A stretch of 64,000 nt of DNA from Gemmatimonadota bacterium (GTDB lineage Bacteria > Gemmatimonadota > Gemmatimonadetes > Longimicrobiales > Gaopeijiaceae), in the NCBI GenBank assembly GCA_022564055.1, contig JADFMD010000001.1, forward strand, positions 2,738-66,737, read 5' to 3'. This document shows, piece by piece, positions 8,828 to 20,317 of this stretch. The notes under the pieces are model-generated. The model searched no databases and was not told the DNA's origin. It saw nothing but the letters and a program-made list of their open reading frames with translations. The position numbers and the translations under genes are program-made. Positions within the stretch are counted from its first letter, which is position 1; every line of letters starts with the position of its first letter.

Positions 8828-10000
8828 TCACGGCCCGGTCCAATCCGCTGTCGAGCGGGAACCGCCTGTGAGAACCGACGAGATGATGTCCACGATCCGC
8901 TCCCCTGCCCTACCGTCTCCGTAAGGATTGGGGGGCGACGCTGTCTGGACTCGATCCTGAGCTCTCGAGAGAATCCGGTTTCCTTCTTCGAGAATTTTTT
9001 CCGGGTCGGTTCCAACCAGAATCGCAACACCGGCCTCGACGCCCTCGGGCCGTTCGGTGACGTTTCTCAGCACGAGGACGGGCGTGCCAAAGGTGGGCGC
9101 TTCTTCCTGAATCCCCCCGGAGTCCGTCAGAACCAGAGACGCGCCCTGAAGCGCCAACACCAAGTCACGGTAGCCCAGGGGCTCGATCAGATCGATTCGA
9201 GGGTGGTCACCGAGTAGCTTCTGAGCCGGCTCGACCACATGGGGATTCGGATGGACGGGATAGAGTAGACGGACGTCATCGTGTGCGTCGACCAGCCTAC
9301 GGACGGCCCGGAAGACATCCTCGAGAGGGGCGCCGAAGGACTCCCTCCGATGCGCGGTCAAGAGAACGAGCCGACTGCCCTCGTCCTCCAAGATCGATCT
9401 CAGGGACGGCGCCTCCGCCTCGCCCTCCATGGACGCCATCCGCAGTAGGGAATCCACCACGGTGTTTCCCGTGACATAGAGCTGTGAACGCTCGAATCCC
9501 TCGGCCAAAAGCCTGTCCCGCGCGGCGCTCGTCGGGGGGAAATGCAGATCGGTGAGGACATCGGTAAGACGCCTGAAAATCTCCTCGGGAAAAGGCGCCC
9601 ACTTGTCACCGGAACGGAGCCCAGCCTCGACGTGCCCCACCCGCGTCTTTTCGAAGAACGCCACGAGCGACGAAAAAAACGCCGTCGCGGTGTCTCCCTG
9701 AGTGAGAAGCATGTCCGGCCTGTACTCCCTGACCACGCCACCAAGCCCTTCAAGGCATCCTCGAGCCACGTCGTAGAGGCTCTGGCCTTCCTCCATGATC
9801 CCCAGATCGTAGTCGGGGCTGAGATCGAGGGCATCGAGAAGCTGGTCCACGAGATCGCTGTGCTGTCCCGTGAGCAGCAACCGGCTATCTAAACCAGCCT
9901 CCTGCCCCAACGCTGCCACCACGGGTGCCATCTTTATGGCCTCGGGACGGGTTCCTACCACCACCAGGATGCGCGGTGGAGAGTTTTCGGAGGCCGTCAA
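8828..10000 (-). CDS. wecB: UDP-N-acetylglucosamine 2-epimerase (non-hydrolysing)
   Basis: ILVVVGTRPEAIKMAPV, HVEAGLRS, TDSGGIQEEAP. The probable TTG start at 10000 overlaps the stop of the upstream GT2 (TTGA). The longest ORF reaches 10255 but would overlap that gene by about 260 nt. Confidence 0.85.
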   Translation of the reverse strand: MTASENSPPRILVVVGTRPEAIKMAPVVAALGQEAGLDSRLLLTGQHSDLVDQLLDALDLSPDYDLGIMEEGQSLYDVARGCLEGLGGVVREYRPDMLLTQGDTATAFFSSLVAFFEKTRVGHVEAGLRSGDKWAPFPEEIFRRLTDVLTDLHFPPTSAARDRLLAEGFERSQLYVTGNTVVDSLLRMASMEGEAEAPSLRSILEDEGSRLVLLTAHRRESFGAPLEDVFRAVRRLVDAHDDVRLLYPVHPNPHVVEPAQKLLGDHPRIDLIEPLGYRDLVLALQGASLVLTDSGGIQEEAPTFGTPVLVLRNVTERPEGVEAGVAILVGTDPEKILEEGNRILSRAQDRVQTASPPNPYGDGRAGERIVDIISSVLTGGSRSTADWTGP

Positions 10001-10959
10001 CGATCCCCGCGCCTGAGGGAGTCCACTTCTTCTCTCAATTGAGCGATCATCTCCGCGATCAACCCGAATCCGAAAAGGAGGAAACCCACGGTCTCCAGAA
10101 GGATTACCAGGTAAAGAAGCGGCCTGAATCCGAAGCCCTCCACGACACGAAGGTAGATCGCCACCGCACCCACGACCATTCCCAGTGTGATCAGCGTCAT
10201 ACCGCTGAACCCGAAGAGGATCAAAGGCTTTTTGGAAAACAGGAGTAGGAACCACACCGATACCAAGTCGATGAGGCCGACGCCGATCCGAAACAGTCCC
10301 CGGTACTTCGAAACGCCCGCACGGCGGGGATGAAGCTCGATGTCGATCTCACTCACCGAATAGCCGCGTGCGTAGGCGAGCACGACGAAGAATCGATGCC
10401 AGTCGTGTCTCAGGGAGATTTCGTCGAGGATGTTTCTCCGGAACGCCTTCATCGAGTTCAGGTCCGAAACCGGAACCCGAAAGATCCGGCGGCTCAGCGC
10501 ATTGTAAAACGAGGAAACCACCCGCTTGTCGTAAAACCCGACTTTCCGCCCCGTTACGATATCCCATCCGGCGTGGAGCTTCTCGAGAAACCTTGGAATC
10601 TGGTCAGGCAGGTGCTGGAGATCCGCATCGTACAGCACGAGATAGGTTCGTTCGGTGGAGCGGGCCGCGGTCATGATCGCCTCTGTCTTTCCGAGGTTCC
10701 TCGGATGGCGCAAGACCTTCAAGAGAGGCCAGCCGTTGGCCTCCTTCTCCGCTAATTCGGCGGTTCCATCCGTGGAGCCATCGTCCACAAAGAGGATTTC
10801 GCCGCTCAGGTCGTAGCGTTCGAAGGTGGCACGAAGTTCGGAGATCAACGCCGGGACGACGGGAGCTTCATTGAAGGCGGGGATGACGAGGGCGAAGTCG
10901 CGGCGAGCTTCGGCGGTCAGGCCCACCGCGGCGGCGCGCGCCTGGGCCGACAATTCCAT
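9997..10959 (-). CDS. polyprenyl-phosphate glycosyltransferase, GT2 with two C-terminal TM helices (GtrB/ArnC-like)
   Basis: LVIPAFNEAPVV, LFVDDGSTDGT and YDADLQH, plus C-terminal helices LILFGFSGMTLITLGMVVGAV and LLYLVILLETVGFLLFGFGLI. The ATG at 10959 overlaps the rpoN stop by 1 nt. Confidence 0.85.
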   Translation of the reverse strand: MELSAQARAAAVGLTAEARRDFALVIPAFNEAPVVPALISELRATFERYDLSGEILFVDDGSTDGTAELAEKEANGWPLLKVLRHPRNLGKTEAIMTAARSTERTYLVLYDADLQHLPDQIPRFLEKLHAGWDIVTGRKVGFYDKRVVSSFYNALSRRIFRVPVSDLNSMKAFRRNILDEISLRHDWHRFFVVLAYARGYSVSEIDIELHPRRAGVSKYRGLFRIGVGLIDLVSVWFLLLFSKKPLILFGFSGMTLITLGMVVGAVAIYLRVVEGFGFRPLLYLVILLETVGFLLFGFGLIAEMIAQLREEVDSLRRGDR

Positions 10960-12455
10960 CAAACCCGCTTACGCATACGGGCCGGAAGGATGCCGAGTTG
11001 ATCTCGGTATTTCGCCACCGTTCTTCGCGCGATCTTGACTCCGTCGACCTTGAGCAGCTCAACGAGTTTCTGGTCCGTCACGGGCTTTTTGACATCTTCC
11101 GCTTCGACCAGCTTCTGGATCTTGTCCCTGACCCCCCTCGCCGAGATATCTTCGCCGCTGGTCGTCGCCAACCCACTCGAAAAGAAATACTTCAGCGGAA
11201 AAACTCCGCGGGGAGTCTGCACGAATTTTTCATTCGTGACCCTCGACACCGTGGACTCATGCATCTCGATGTGATCGGCGACTTCCCTCAGCGTCAACGG
11301 CCTCAGGTGCTGAACACCATTCTCGAAAAATTCCCTTTGCCGGTCGACGATGAACGCCATGACCTTCAGCATCGTCTGGCGCCGCTGCTCGATCGCCTGA
11401 ATGATCCAGTTCGCCGAGTTGAGCTTTCTCGAAACGAACTCCTTGTTTTCGCCCTTGAACAGCCCCTTTTTCTGCACCAGGCTCTGGTAGGACGACGCGA
11501 TCCGGAGCCGGGGGAGACTCGTATCGTTGACGAAGACCATGTACTCCCTGTCGATTTTCTCGACGATGAGATCTGGAATGACGTACCGCTCGGGGTCCGC
11601 CGAGTACTTCATGCCGGGTTTCGGATCGAGCTTGGCGATCTCGTCGGCCGCGCCCTGCACATCGAGGGGCTTGATGTTCATCTCCCTCGCCACATCGGCC
11701 CATCGGTGATTTACCAGATCGTCGAAGTGGCTCTCCGCAATCCGATAGGTCAGCGAATCGGTCCTCCCGAGCATCCGCAGTTGGATCAGGATCGACTCCT
11801 GGAGATCACGCGCGGCCACCCCCGGCGGATCGAAGGCCTGAATGCCCGTGAGCATCGCCTCCGCCTCCGGCAGCCGGTATGGCTCGAATAACCCATCCAA
11901 CTCCGCCTGTGCGGCTTCGGAATCCTCCAGGGCGTCGATCTCCTCCTGAGCGGCGGGACGCAAATCGTCCAGCCAGGAATTCACGCCATTCACGACGGCT
12001 TCGAGCTCGCACGTCAACGTACCGGCGTCGTTGATGTTTCCTATGACCTCCTCGCCGAGGCGCGCCTCACGTTCGCTCAGATCGAGTAGCCTGAGTTGGC
12101 CGAAGAGGTGGTCCCGAAGATCCGTCGTTTCGACCGGCGCGCGTTGATACAACTCGACCGGGTCGTACTGCTCGCGCCGGCCACCCACCTCGAAACCGTC
12201 CAGAAGGATTACTTCCCAATCGATTTCGTCGTCCGGCGGATCGTCCTTGCCCTCTTCCTCGAGTTCTACGTCATCCTCTACATCCGCTTCGGTCATCTCG
12301 AGGAAGGGATTTTCTTCCAGCTCCGCCTTGAGGTGCTGCTGAAGGTCGAGCAGGGGCATATAGAGCAACTCCATCGCCTGATAAAGGCGTGGGTTGATCT
12401 TCATCTCCTGACGGAGTTGTTGGCTCTGGACGAGCCTGGTACTGAATCCGGTCAT
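10959..12455 (-). CDS. rpoN: RNA polymerase sigma-54 factor
   Basis: Region I ([18 protein letters not shown]), an acidic region II, the HTH, and the RpoN box ARRTVAKYR near the C-terminus. Confidence 0.95.
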   Translation of the reverse strand: MTGFSTRLVQSQQLRQEMKINPRLYQAMELLYMPLLDLQQHLKAELEENPFLEMTEADVEDDVELEEEGKDDPPDDEIDWEVILLDGFEVGGRREQYDPVELYQRAPVETTDLRDHLFGQLRLLDLSEREARLGEEVIGNINDAGTLTCELEAVVNGVNSWLDDLRPAAQEEIDALEDSEAAQAELDGLFEPYRLPEAEAMLTGIQAFDPPGVAARDLQESILIQLRMLGRTDSLTYRIAESHFDDLVNHRWADVAREMNIKPLDVQGAADEIAKLDPKPGMKYSADPERYVIPDLIVEKIDREYMVFVNDTSLPRLRIASSYQSLVQKKGLFKGENKEFVSRKLNSANWIIQAIEQRRQTMLKVMAFIVDRQREFFENGVQHLRPLTLREVADHIEMHESTVSRVTNEKFVQTPRGVFPLKYFFSSGLATTSGEDISARGVRDKIQKLVEAEDVKKPVTDQKLVELLKVDGVKIARRTVAKYRDQLGILPARMRKRV

Positions 12456-13333
12456 GACGTCTTCGGGCGCCCTCCATCGCGAGGTTTCTCGAAACGGCCC
12501 CTCATCCGCTCGGTCAGCGCGGGACCCAGATAAATTTTTGCCACCTCATCGTCCCACACCAGCTCAGAAACGTTGCCACTGATGCGAATCTGACCCTCAT
12601 ACATAATGTACGCCCGATCGACGATCTCTAGGGTTTGTTCGACATTGTGGTCGGAAATGATGATGCCGATTCCTCGGCTCTTCAAGGAAGCCACGATGTT
12701 TTGAATATCGTGAACCGCAATCGGGTCGATGCCGGCGAACGGCTCGTCGAGGAGCATGAATTTGGGCCGTTGCACCAGGGCACGTGTGATTTCCAGCCGG
12801 CGCCGCTCCCCCCCTGAAAGTAAATACGCCATGTTCCCGCGTAGGTGGCCGAGGGAGAGCTCCCCCAAGAGCTTCTCGAGTCGAGCCGCTTGCTCCTCCT
12901 TGGAGAGTTTCAGGGTTTCCAAGATCGCCTTCACGTTCTGTTCGACGGTGAGCTTACGAAAAACGGACGGCTCCTGGGCCAGGTACCCTACGCCCTTGCG
13001 CGCCCGCCGGTACATCGGGACATCCGTCAGATCTTCCTCGTCGAGGAACACTCGGCCGCGATCAGGCGGAATCAGTCCGACGAGCATGTAGAAGGTCGTG
13101 GTCTTACCCGCCCCATTCGGGCCCAACAGCCCCACGATCTCCCCCTGGGTCACGGATATGGCGATGTCGTCCACCACTCGCCGTTTACGATAGATCTTCG
13201 TCAGACCCTCTCCTCGAAGCCGGCTGAGCACGTCGAGTTCCGTGCCAGACCCCGCCGAGGACGAAAGCCCCTCGGCGCCCTCGCCGAGCGGGGCCTCCGA
13301 AGCGAGATCACTCACGCCTATCTCCGTTGCCAT
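12452..13333 (-). CDS. lptB: LPS export ABC transporter ATP-binding protein LptB
   Basis: Walker [14 protein letters not shown], signature [15 protein letters not shown], Walker [12 protein letters not shown]. Position lptA-lptB-rpoN as in E. coli. It has an N-terminal extension of about 35 aa, so the start is uncertain. Confidence 0.9.
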   Translation of the reverse strand: MATEIGVSDLASEAPLGEGAEGLSSSAGSGTELDVLSRLRGEGLTKIYRKRRVVDDIAISVTQGEIVGLLGPNGAGKTTTFYMLVGLIPPDRGRVFLDEEDLTDVPMYRRARKGVGYLAQEPSVFRKLTVEQNVKAILETLKLSKEEQAARLEKLLGELSLGHLRGNMAYLLSGGERRRLEITRALVQRPKFMLLDEPFAGIDPIAVHDIQNIVASLKSRGIGIIISDHNVEQTLEIVDRAYIMYEGQIRISGNVSELVWDDEVAKIYLGPALTERMRGRFEKPRDGGRPKTS

Positions 13334-14816
13334 TGGGTGGCAGGCTATCGGGCGGCGGAGCCGGTGCGCGTCTCGGCCGCAGGTTGATCCCCGTAGGATT
13401 ATCCACTTCCATTATCTCGACTTCACCATCCTTCATGAAGAGACGAATTTCGTCGCCGATGACGTAATTGAGCTCGAGCTCCTGTGGTCCTGCAGCCCCA
13501 TCCGCAAGCGCCGATTCCGGGGCCGACCTGTAAAAGCTACGTGCCCCACCACGGGCGACGAGCAGGTCGATTTGCCGCCCGGTCGGCTCAGCGGCCCCCG
13601 ATCCATCCGTGGTGGCGTCGCCGGGAGCCACCGAAGCCGACCGAAAGGTCGCGATGATGGTGTCCCCCTCCATCCAGTCGGACTGAAAGAGCTCGTCGGT
13701 GTCCTCCGTGTTCAGCGAATCTCTGCTCGTCGTCACACCGCGGGCGGTCCCCGTGGCGGTTACCCGGTCCAACTCGCCTCCGAGCAAGTCGGCCTGGATC
13801 GAATCGCCCGTCAGGACAAAGTCGGCGGCCACGGCCTGGGGCTGCGCCGGATGGGCGGACGAAGCGGGCGGGTCCACCCCCCCGCTCACGGGAGGGGGCC
13901 CGTCGTCGACATCCCGTCGGACGGCGAACACGCGTTCCAATTCCTCCTCCTGGAAGACGAGACGGATGATCGGTCCCCGCATATCGATGTCCTGCGCCAA
14001 GAGCCGGGCTCGGCCTCGGGCTTCTATCTCATCGATCTGATCGTTCGGCAGCTTCATCGTGATCGTGTCTCCCCGCACGTCCAAGGTGTCCCCCGACACC
14101 GTGTCCTGCGAAAGGATTCGAGCGTTCTCGAACAGGGTGAGCCACCCTATCTCCTGTTGGAATTCCAACGAATCGCCGTAGGCATGCAAGCCTTCGTGGG
14201 TGACCTCAACCCGCCCCCGTGCCTGGAACAGACGATCGCCCACCAAGTGGATCAGGTCCGCGTCGACCTCGTAGGGGACCCTCTCTACAGAATTTTCCGG
14301 CTGATCGACTCCAGGGCCGGCCTGCACGGCTGTCGAGTCCGGTCCCACCCTGGGAACGAGGCGTGCGTGAGGCCGACCCTCCCGCATGGTCACGTCCTCC
14401 TCGGCACGATCGTCACTTTCTTGAAGAAGAACGAGGTCTTCGCCGGTCAACAAGGACCCGTCCTCGAGGTTGATCAGACGGACGGACCCCTGAGCTTGAA
14501 GCCGGCCCACTCGGCTGAAGTATTGGGCCCGATCGGCGTACAACTCCCTCTTGGCGTCCCGGAATATCACGTTGCCGAAAAGCTGAGTGAAGGACGTGGC
14601 CTCGAACGTGACGGAGCTGTCCGCTTCGATGCGGGTCCCGTCGGTGCACTCGAATCGCGGAGCGGAGACATAGCTCACGCGCGCATTATTCGTCCGGTTC
14701 GATACGACTCGGAGTGAGCTGATCAGGTCACAGGACGACTGCTGCCCCGCTGCCCCCGTCCCCGCAAAAAGAAGGGCGAGGCCCACCATGGGGAGGCGAA
14801 GGGCTCGGCTGGGCAT
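13308..14816 (-). CDS. LptA/OstA-family periplasmic protein, unusually long (502 aa, several OstA-like repeats)
   Basis: Signal peptide [15 protein letters not shown]. Recurrent OstA-type patterns ([88 protein letters not shown]). Sits in the lptC-lptA-lptB gene position. Confidence 0.65.
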   Translation of the reverse strand: MPSRALRLPMVGLALLFAGTGAAGQQSSCDLISSLRVVSNRTNNARVSYVSAPRFECTDGTRIEADSSVTFEATSFTQLFGNVIFRDAKRELYADRAQYFSRVGRLQAQGSVRLINLEDGSLLTGEDLVLLQESDDRAEEDVTMREGRPHARLVPRVGPDSTAVQAGPGVDQPENSVERVPYEVDADLIHLVGDRLFQARGRVEVTHEGLHAYGDSLEFQQEIGWLTLFENARILSQDTVSGDTLDVRGDTITMKLPNDQIDEIEARGRARLLAQDIDMRGPIIRLVFQEEELERVFAVRRDVDDGPPPVSGGVDPPASSAHPAQPQAVAADFVLTGDSIQADLLGGELDRVTATGTARGVTTSRDSLNTEDTDELFQSDWMEGDTIIATFRSASVAPGDATTDGSGAAEPTGRQIDLLVARGGARSFYRSAPESALADGAAGPQELELNYVIGDEIRLFMKDGEVEIMEVDNPTGINLRPRRAPAPPPDSLPPNGNGDRRE

Positions 14817-15370
14817 CAGAAGCGGACCGCTCCTCCGCGCGTCCGAGCGTTATGGATGAGAACCCGCTCAAAGTCCAGGTCCGAGTTGAAACCTGTGCCC
14901 TCCACCACATCGGTTCCATCGTACATCACCACGGCGGAATCGCTTCGAATCGCCTGGCTATCGGGTATGTAGCGTAGCTCGTAGCTTTCGATTCTCCGGC
15001 CATCGGCTCGGATGAGCAGAACGGCGTTGCCTTCGGCATGTAACTCATTCGTGCTCTTGTCCAGCCTGCCCCGGTCGGACGTCACGATCGCTTTCTCGGT
15101 ACCGAGGTCCTCGTTGTGCGCGGTCAATTTCACGTGCCCACGAAGTAGGACCACCGTGGAGTCCTGGAAGATGAGGGCGGTGTCCGCCTCCACGAGAAAC
15201 TCTCGAACGCCCCCTCGCGTCACATTACTCCTGAAACCGAAGATGATGTAGTCGGCCTCCATGGCCTCCAATTCCGGGTCGACAACCATTCTTGGGGGGC
15301 CGTCAGCACAGGCGATCACCAAGAGCCCCGCGACCAAAATTTGTGCCCTTAACACCCTACTGGTAAACAC
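14816..15370 (-). CDS. lptC: LptC-like LPS export protein (membrane-anchored)
   Basis: N-terminal anchor ILVAGLLVIACADG followed by a beta-rich domain of about 160 aa. It occupies the slot between kdsC and lptA, and its stop overlaps the lptA-like start by 1 nt. The call rests mainly on position and architecture. Confidence 0.55.
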   Translation of the reverse strand: MFTSRVLRAQILVAGLLVIACADGPPRMVVDPELEAMEADYIIFGFRSNVTRGGVREFLVEADTALIFQDSTVVLLRGHVKLTAHNEDLGTEKAIVTSDRGRLDKSTNELHAEGNAVLLIRADGRRIESYELRYIPDSQAIRSDSAVVMYDGTDVVEGTGFNSDLDFERVLIHNARTRGGAVRF

Positions 15371-15529
15371 TATAGATCCCTCGACTTCATAAGGTCATGC
15401 AAACCGGTAATCCTCGCAGCGCGGCGCCTTCGCCGAGAATCCGAACCCCCTCCCCGACCCTTGCCGTTTCTACCCGCAACCCGGTCTTTCGTCCCGGCCA
15501 GGCCATGGGTCTCCAAGCCATCCGCCGTG

Positions 15530-16099
15530 TCACTCCTGGGACCGGGCTTCACAATATTTGCGAACCAACTCGTCCCACTCTCCCCTTGCCGTCAGCAGCT
15601 CACGCGCGAATTCCCTGACGGCACCCCGGCCCCCGGAAGCCTGAGTGGTCCAGCGAGACACGGCAAGCACCTCCGGCACCGCATTCGAGACGGCGACCGG
15701 GAGGGCGACAAGCTTCAGGACCGGAAGATCCGCAAGATCATCCCCGACCATTGCGGCCTCCTCCCACCCGAGACCCCGGTCATCCAGGAGCTTCTGAACC
15801 ACGCGTAACTTCTTGGCATCCGGATCTTGATGGCACTCATCGACCCCGAGCTCCTTCGCGCGCCAGGTCGTCGCCTCTGAGACCCGCCCCGAAACGATGG
15901 CCACCTCGATCCCGGCCCAGCGGAGCATCTTGATGCCCAAACCATCCTGGATGTCGAAGCGTTTGAGCTCTATCGGGTCCTGGCCGGGTCGGGCGCCGAC
16001 GTAGATACCCCCATCGGTGAGGACACCGTCCACATCGAGAATGACCAGTTTTATGGAGCCCGCTACATGGGGATCGATATCCTCCGACGGACCGGCCAT
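15530..16099 (-). CDS. kdsC: 3-deoxy-D-manno-octulosonate 8-phosphate phosphatase (HAD)
   Basis: LVILDVDGVLTDGGIY, FDIQDGLGIKML, AMVGDDLADL. Confidence 0.85.
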   Translation of the reverse strand: MAGPSEDIDPHVAGSIKLVILDVDGVLTDGGIYVGARPGQDPIELKRFDIQDGLGIKMLRWAGIEVAIVSGRVSEATTWRAKELGVDECHQDPDAKKLRVVQKLLDDRGLGWEEAAMVGDDLADLPVLKLVALPVAVSNAVPEVLAVSRWTTQASGGRGAVREFARELLTARGEWDELVRKYCEARSQE

Positions 16100-16105
16100 G
16101 GGTCT

Positions 16106-16935
16106 TCAGCCCGCTGGGGCAGGAACCCCGGAGTCCACCTCGCTCAGGGCGACCTCGTCCAGGGCTGTACGAAGCGCCACGACACTCTCGAGCAGACGCT
16201 CGAGCTCGTCCAGTGGAAGCATCGTGGCGCCATCCGAGGGTGCACTCCCAGGATCCGGATGAACCTCCAGAAAGAGGCCGTCACAACCCGCCGCCACGGA
16301 AGCTCGGACAAGAGGCGGTATGAATTCCGGATCGCCCCCGCTGGACCCCGAGGCGAGGCCCGGCCGCTGGAGGGAGTGGGTTCCGTCGAAGATGACCGGC
16401 ACCCCACACGCGGCGCGGATTCGCTGAAAAGAACGCATGTCGACGATCAGGTCCCCATATCCGAAGAACGTGCCGCGTTCGGTCACCGTGACGCTGTGCG
16501 CCCCCGCCTCCCGGACCTTTTCAACGGCGCCGAGCATGTCTTCTGGCGTCATCCACTGGCCCTTCTTGATGTTGACGGTCTTCCCGGTTTCTCCCACAGC
16601 ACGGAGTAAATCGGTCTGCCGGCAAAGAAAAGCAGGAATTTGAAGGATATCCGCGACGCGGGCCACCACCGCCGCCTGTTCAACCTCGTGGACGTCGGTA
16701 AGGACCGGAAGACCGGTCTCCTCCCTGACGCGCCGCAGTTGCTCGAGCCCGCGAGCAAGGCCGGGACCCCGGGGTGAGTCCGCTCTCGACCGGTTCGCCT
16801 TGTCGAATGAGGCTTTGAACACGACGGGAATCCCCACAGTCGACGAAAGACACGCCAACTGCCGGCCGATTTCTAGGTTGAGGTCATCTTCCTCGAGAAC
16901 GCAAGGACCGGCGATCAACGTGAAGCGGTCCAGCA

Positions 16936-16936
<1 letters not shown>
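16106..16936 (-). CDS. kdsA: 3-deoxy-8-phosphooctulonate synthase
   Basis: FTLIAGPCVLE, VFKASFDKANRS, VIFDGTHSLQ. Confidence 0.95.
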
Positions 16937-18615
<1,679 letters not shown>

Positions 18616-19407
18616 TCATACACTTAAGGTTTCCATTCGGGTCAACGCTGCCTCCATGCGGATCACATCGGCGGGTGTGTCGACCCCGTGATCAGCGACC
18701 CCTACCACGGCAACTCCAATCCGCATGCCGGCCTCGAGGGGGCGCAACTGCTCCAGGTTCTCCAATCGTTCGAGCGGCGACGGCGCCAACGCCACCCATT
18801 TCGCAAGGGCTTCCCGCGAATAGGCATAAATGCCGATGTGCCGCAAGAAGGGTTCGCGCCGCAAATCCTCCGGCGACGGCTTGCCTTCATCCTGATAGGG
18901 GATGGACGCCCTGGAAAAATACAGGGCACGCCCGCCCGTGGCACGAACGACCTTGACGGTCGAGGGATCCCGTCGGGCCTCGTGATCGACGAGGGGCGTG
19001 GCGCACGTACCGATCTCCCAGTGATCGTCACGAACCAGGGACACCGCGGCTTCCAGGTGGAGCTCCTGGAGCAGGGGCTCGTCACCTTGAATATTGGCGA
19101 TGACTCCGAAATCGGAAAACGACGGGCGCCCTGCGACCTCCGCCACACGGTCCGTACCCGACGGATGGCGGGTGGCGGTCATTTCAACCGGCGCGCCGAA
19201 CGATCGGCAAACCTCGGCGACCTCCTCACTGTCCGTAGCGATGACCGCGTGGTCCAACACTTTCATGCCTTCCACGCGGTGCCATACCCACTCAATGAGC
19301 GGCCTACCGAGAAGAGGATAGAGGGGTTTGTTGGGGAGGCGGGTAGACGCCAGCCGCGCTGGGACGATGCCCAGAACTCGACTGCTCACCGGCCCAAACC
19401 CGGGCAC
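18616..19407 (-). CDS. kdsB: 3-deoxy-manno-octulosonate cytidylyltransferase (CMP-Kdo synthetase)
   Basis: GIVPARLASTRLPNKPL, NIQGDEPL. GTG start. Confidence 0.9.
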   Translation of the reverse strand: MPGFGPVSSRVLGIVPARLASTRLPNKPLYPLLGRPLIEWVWHRVEGMKVLDHAVIATDSEEVAEVCRSFGAPVEMTATRHPSGTDRVAEVAGRPSFSDFGVIANIQGDEPLLQELHLEAAVSLVRDDHWEIGTCATPLVDHEARRDPSTVKVVRATGGRALYFSRASIPYQDEGKPSPEDLRREPFLRHIGIYAYSREALAKWVALAPSPLERLENLEQLRPLEAGMRIGVAVVGVADHGVDTPADVIRMEAALTRMETLSV

Positions 19408-19542
19408 GAAGCGATGCCTGTTGCCGCAAATATCACGCCGGTCAAGTTATCTAGGGCGGAGTAGGGTTGGCAACGCCTGACCCCTCCATAGGACAGTTCG
19501 CGAAGGTCGGATCAGCTTACGCGGTCCTCGGGCAGGGCCTGG

Positions 19543-20118
19543 CTAAAGAGCCAAGAAATTCGCCAGGAGCCTTTTGCCGTGCTCGGAAAAAAGTGACTCA
19601 GGATGGAACTGCACTCCCCAAACCGGCCGATCGCGGTGGCGCATGGCTTGAATTTCCTCGATTCCGTCCTCCTCCCCACTCCATGCCACCGGAATCAAGC
19701 TGTCCGGTAGCGCCGCCGCATCCGTCACGAGGGAATGGTAGCGCGCCACCGTGAACGGCGACGGGATGCCGCGAAAGATACCCTCCCCATTGTGCCGGGC
19801 CGGTGCCGTTTTTCCGTGCATGACTCGCTCGGCACGGATGGTCCTTCCCCCAAAAGCTTCACCCAAGGCCTGATGACCCAGGCATACCCCCAGCATGGGT
19901 ATCGAAGGATCCAGTGATCGAAACAGCTCAACGCTCACGCCGGCCTCGCTCGGCGTGCACGGACCGGGGGAAATCACCACTCGTGACGGCCCCAGTGCAC
20001 GAATTTCTTCGACGGTTCGTTCGTCGTTTCGGGACACCGCGACGTCCGCTCCCAGCTCGCCCAGGAACTGGACGAGATTGAAAGTGAACGAATCGTAATT
20101 GTCGATGACGAGTAGCAT
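19543..20118 (-). CDS. anthranilate/aminodeoxychorismate synthase component II (glutamine amidotransferase)
   Basis: MLLVIDNYDSFTFNLVQFL, GVCLGHQA, VQFHPES. The ATG at 20118 fits homologue N-termini; the upstream 69 codons of the ORF look non-coding. Confidence 0.9.
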   Translation of the reverse strand: MLLVIDNYDSFTFNLVQFLGELGADVAVSRNDERTVEEIRALGPSRVVISPGPCTPSEAGVSVELFRSLDPSIPMLGVCLGHQALGEAFGGRTIRAERVMHGKTAPARHNGEGIFRGIPSPFTVARYHSLVTDAAALPDSLIPVAWSGEEDGIEEIQAMRHRDRPVWGVQFHPESLFSEHGKRLLANFLAL

Positions 20119-20317
20119 GCTGGCCCCGAAAGATGTCGACCCTGGCGTGTCCCCCTGGCCGGACAGACGTCCAATAAGGTGGCTCCCGGTGTCGGCTCGG
20201 ACCAGGGCTCGGGGCTCCGAAGAATCATCTCGACCTGTGCGTAACAAAGAGGGGGACAACGGGTGTAGAAGGAAGTCCGGGCCGACTCTCTCCGGGGCCC
20301 GGGTCACGGAGACGCTT

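Noticed and set aside
13242-14717. A 491-aa plus-strand ORF.
   Set aside because: It is antisense to the LptA-like gene, which has a signal peptide, repeat structure and operon context. There are no motifs and the composition is Arg/Gly/Pro-rich.
15371-15529. A possible sigma-70 promoter (TGACCT-N17-TATAGT) in the kdsC-lptC gap.
   Set aside because: The -10 box abuts the annotated GTG start, so it would require a leaderless or downstream start. The -35 is weak. There is not enough support to call it.
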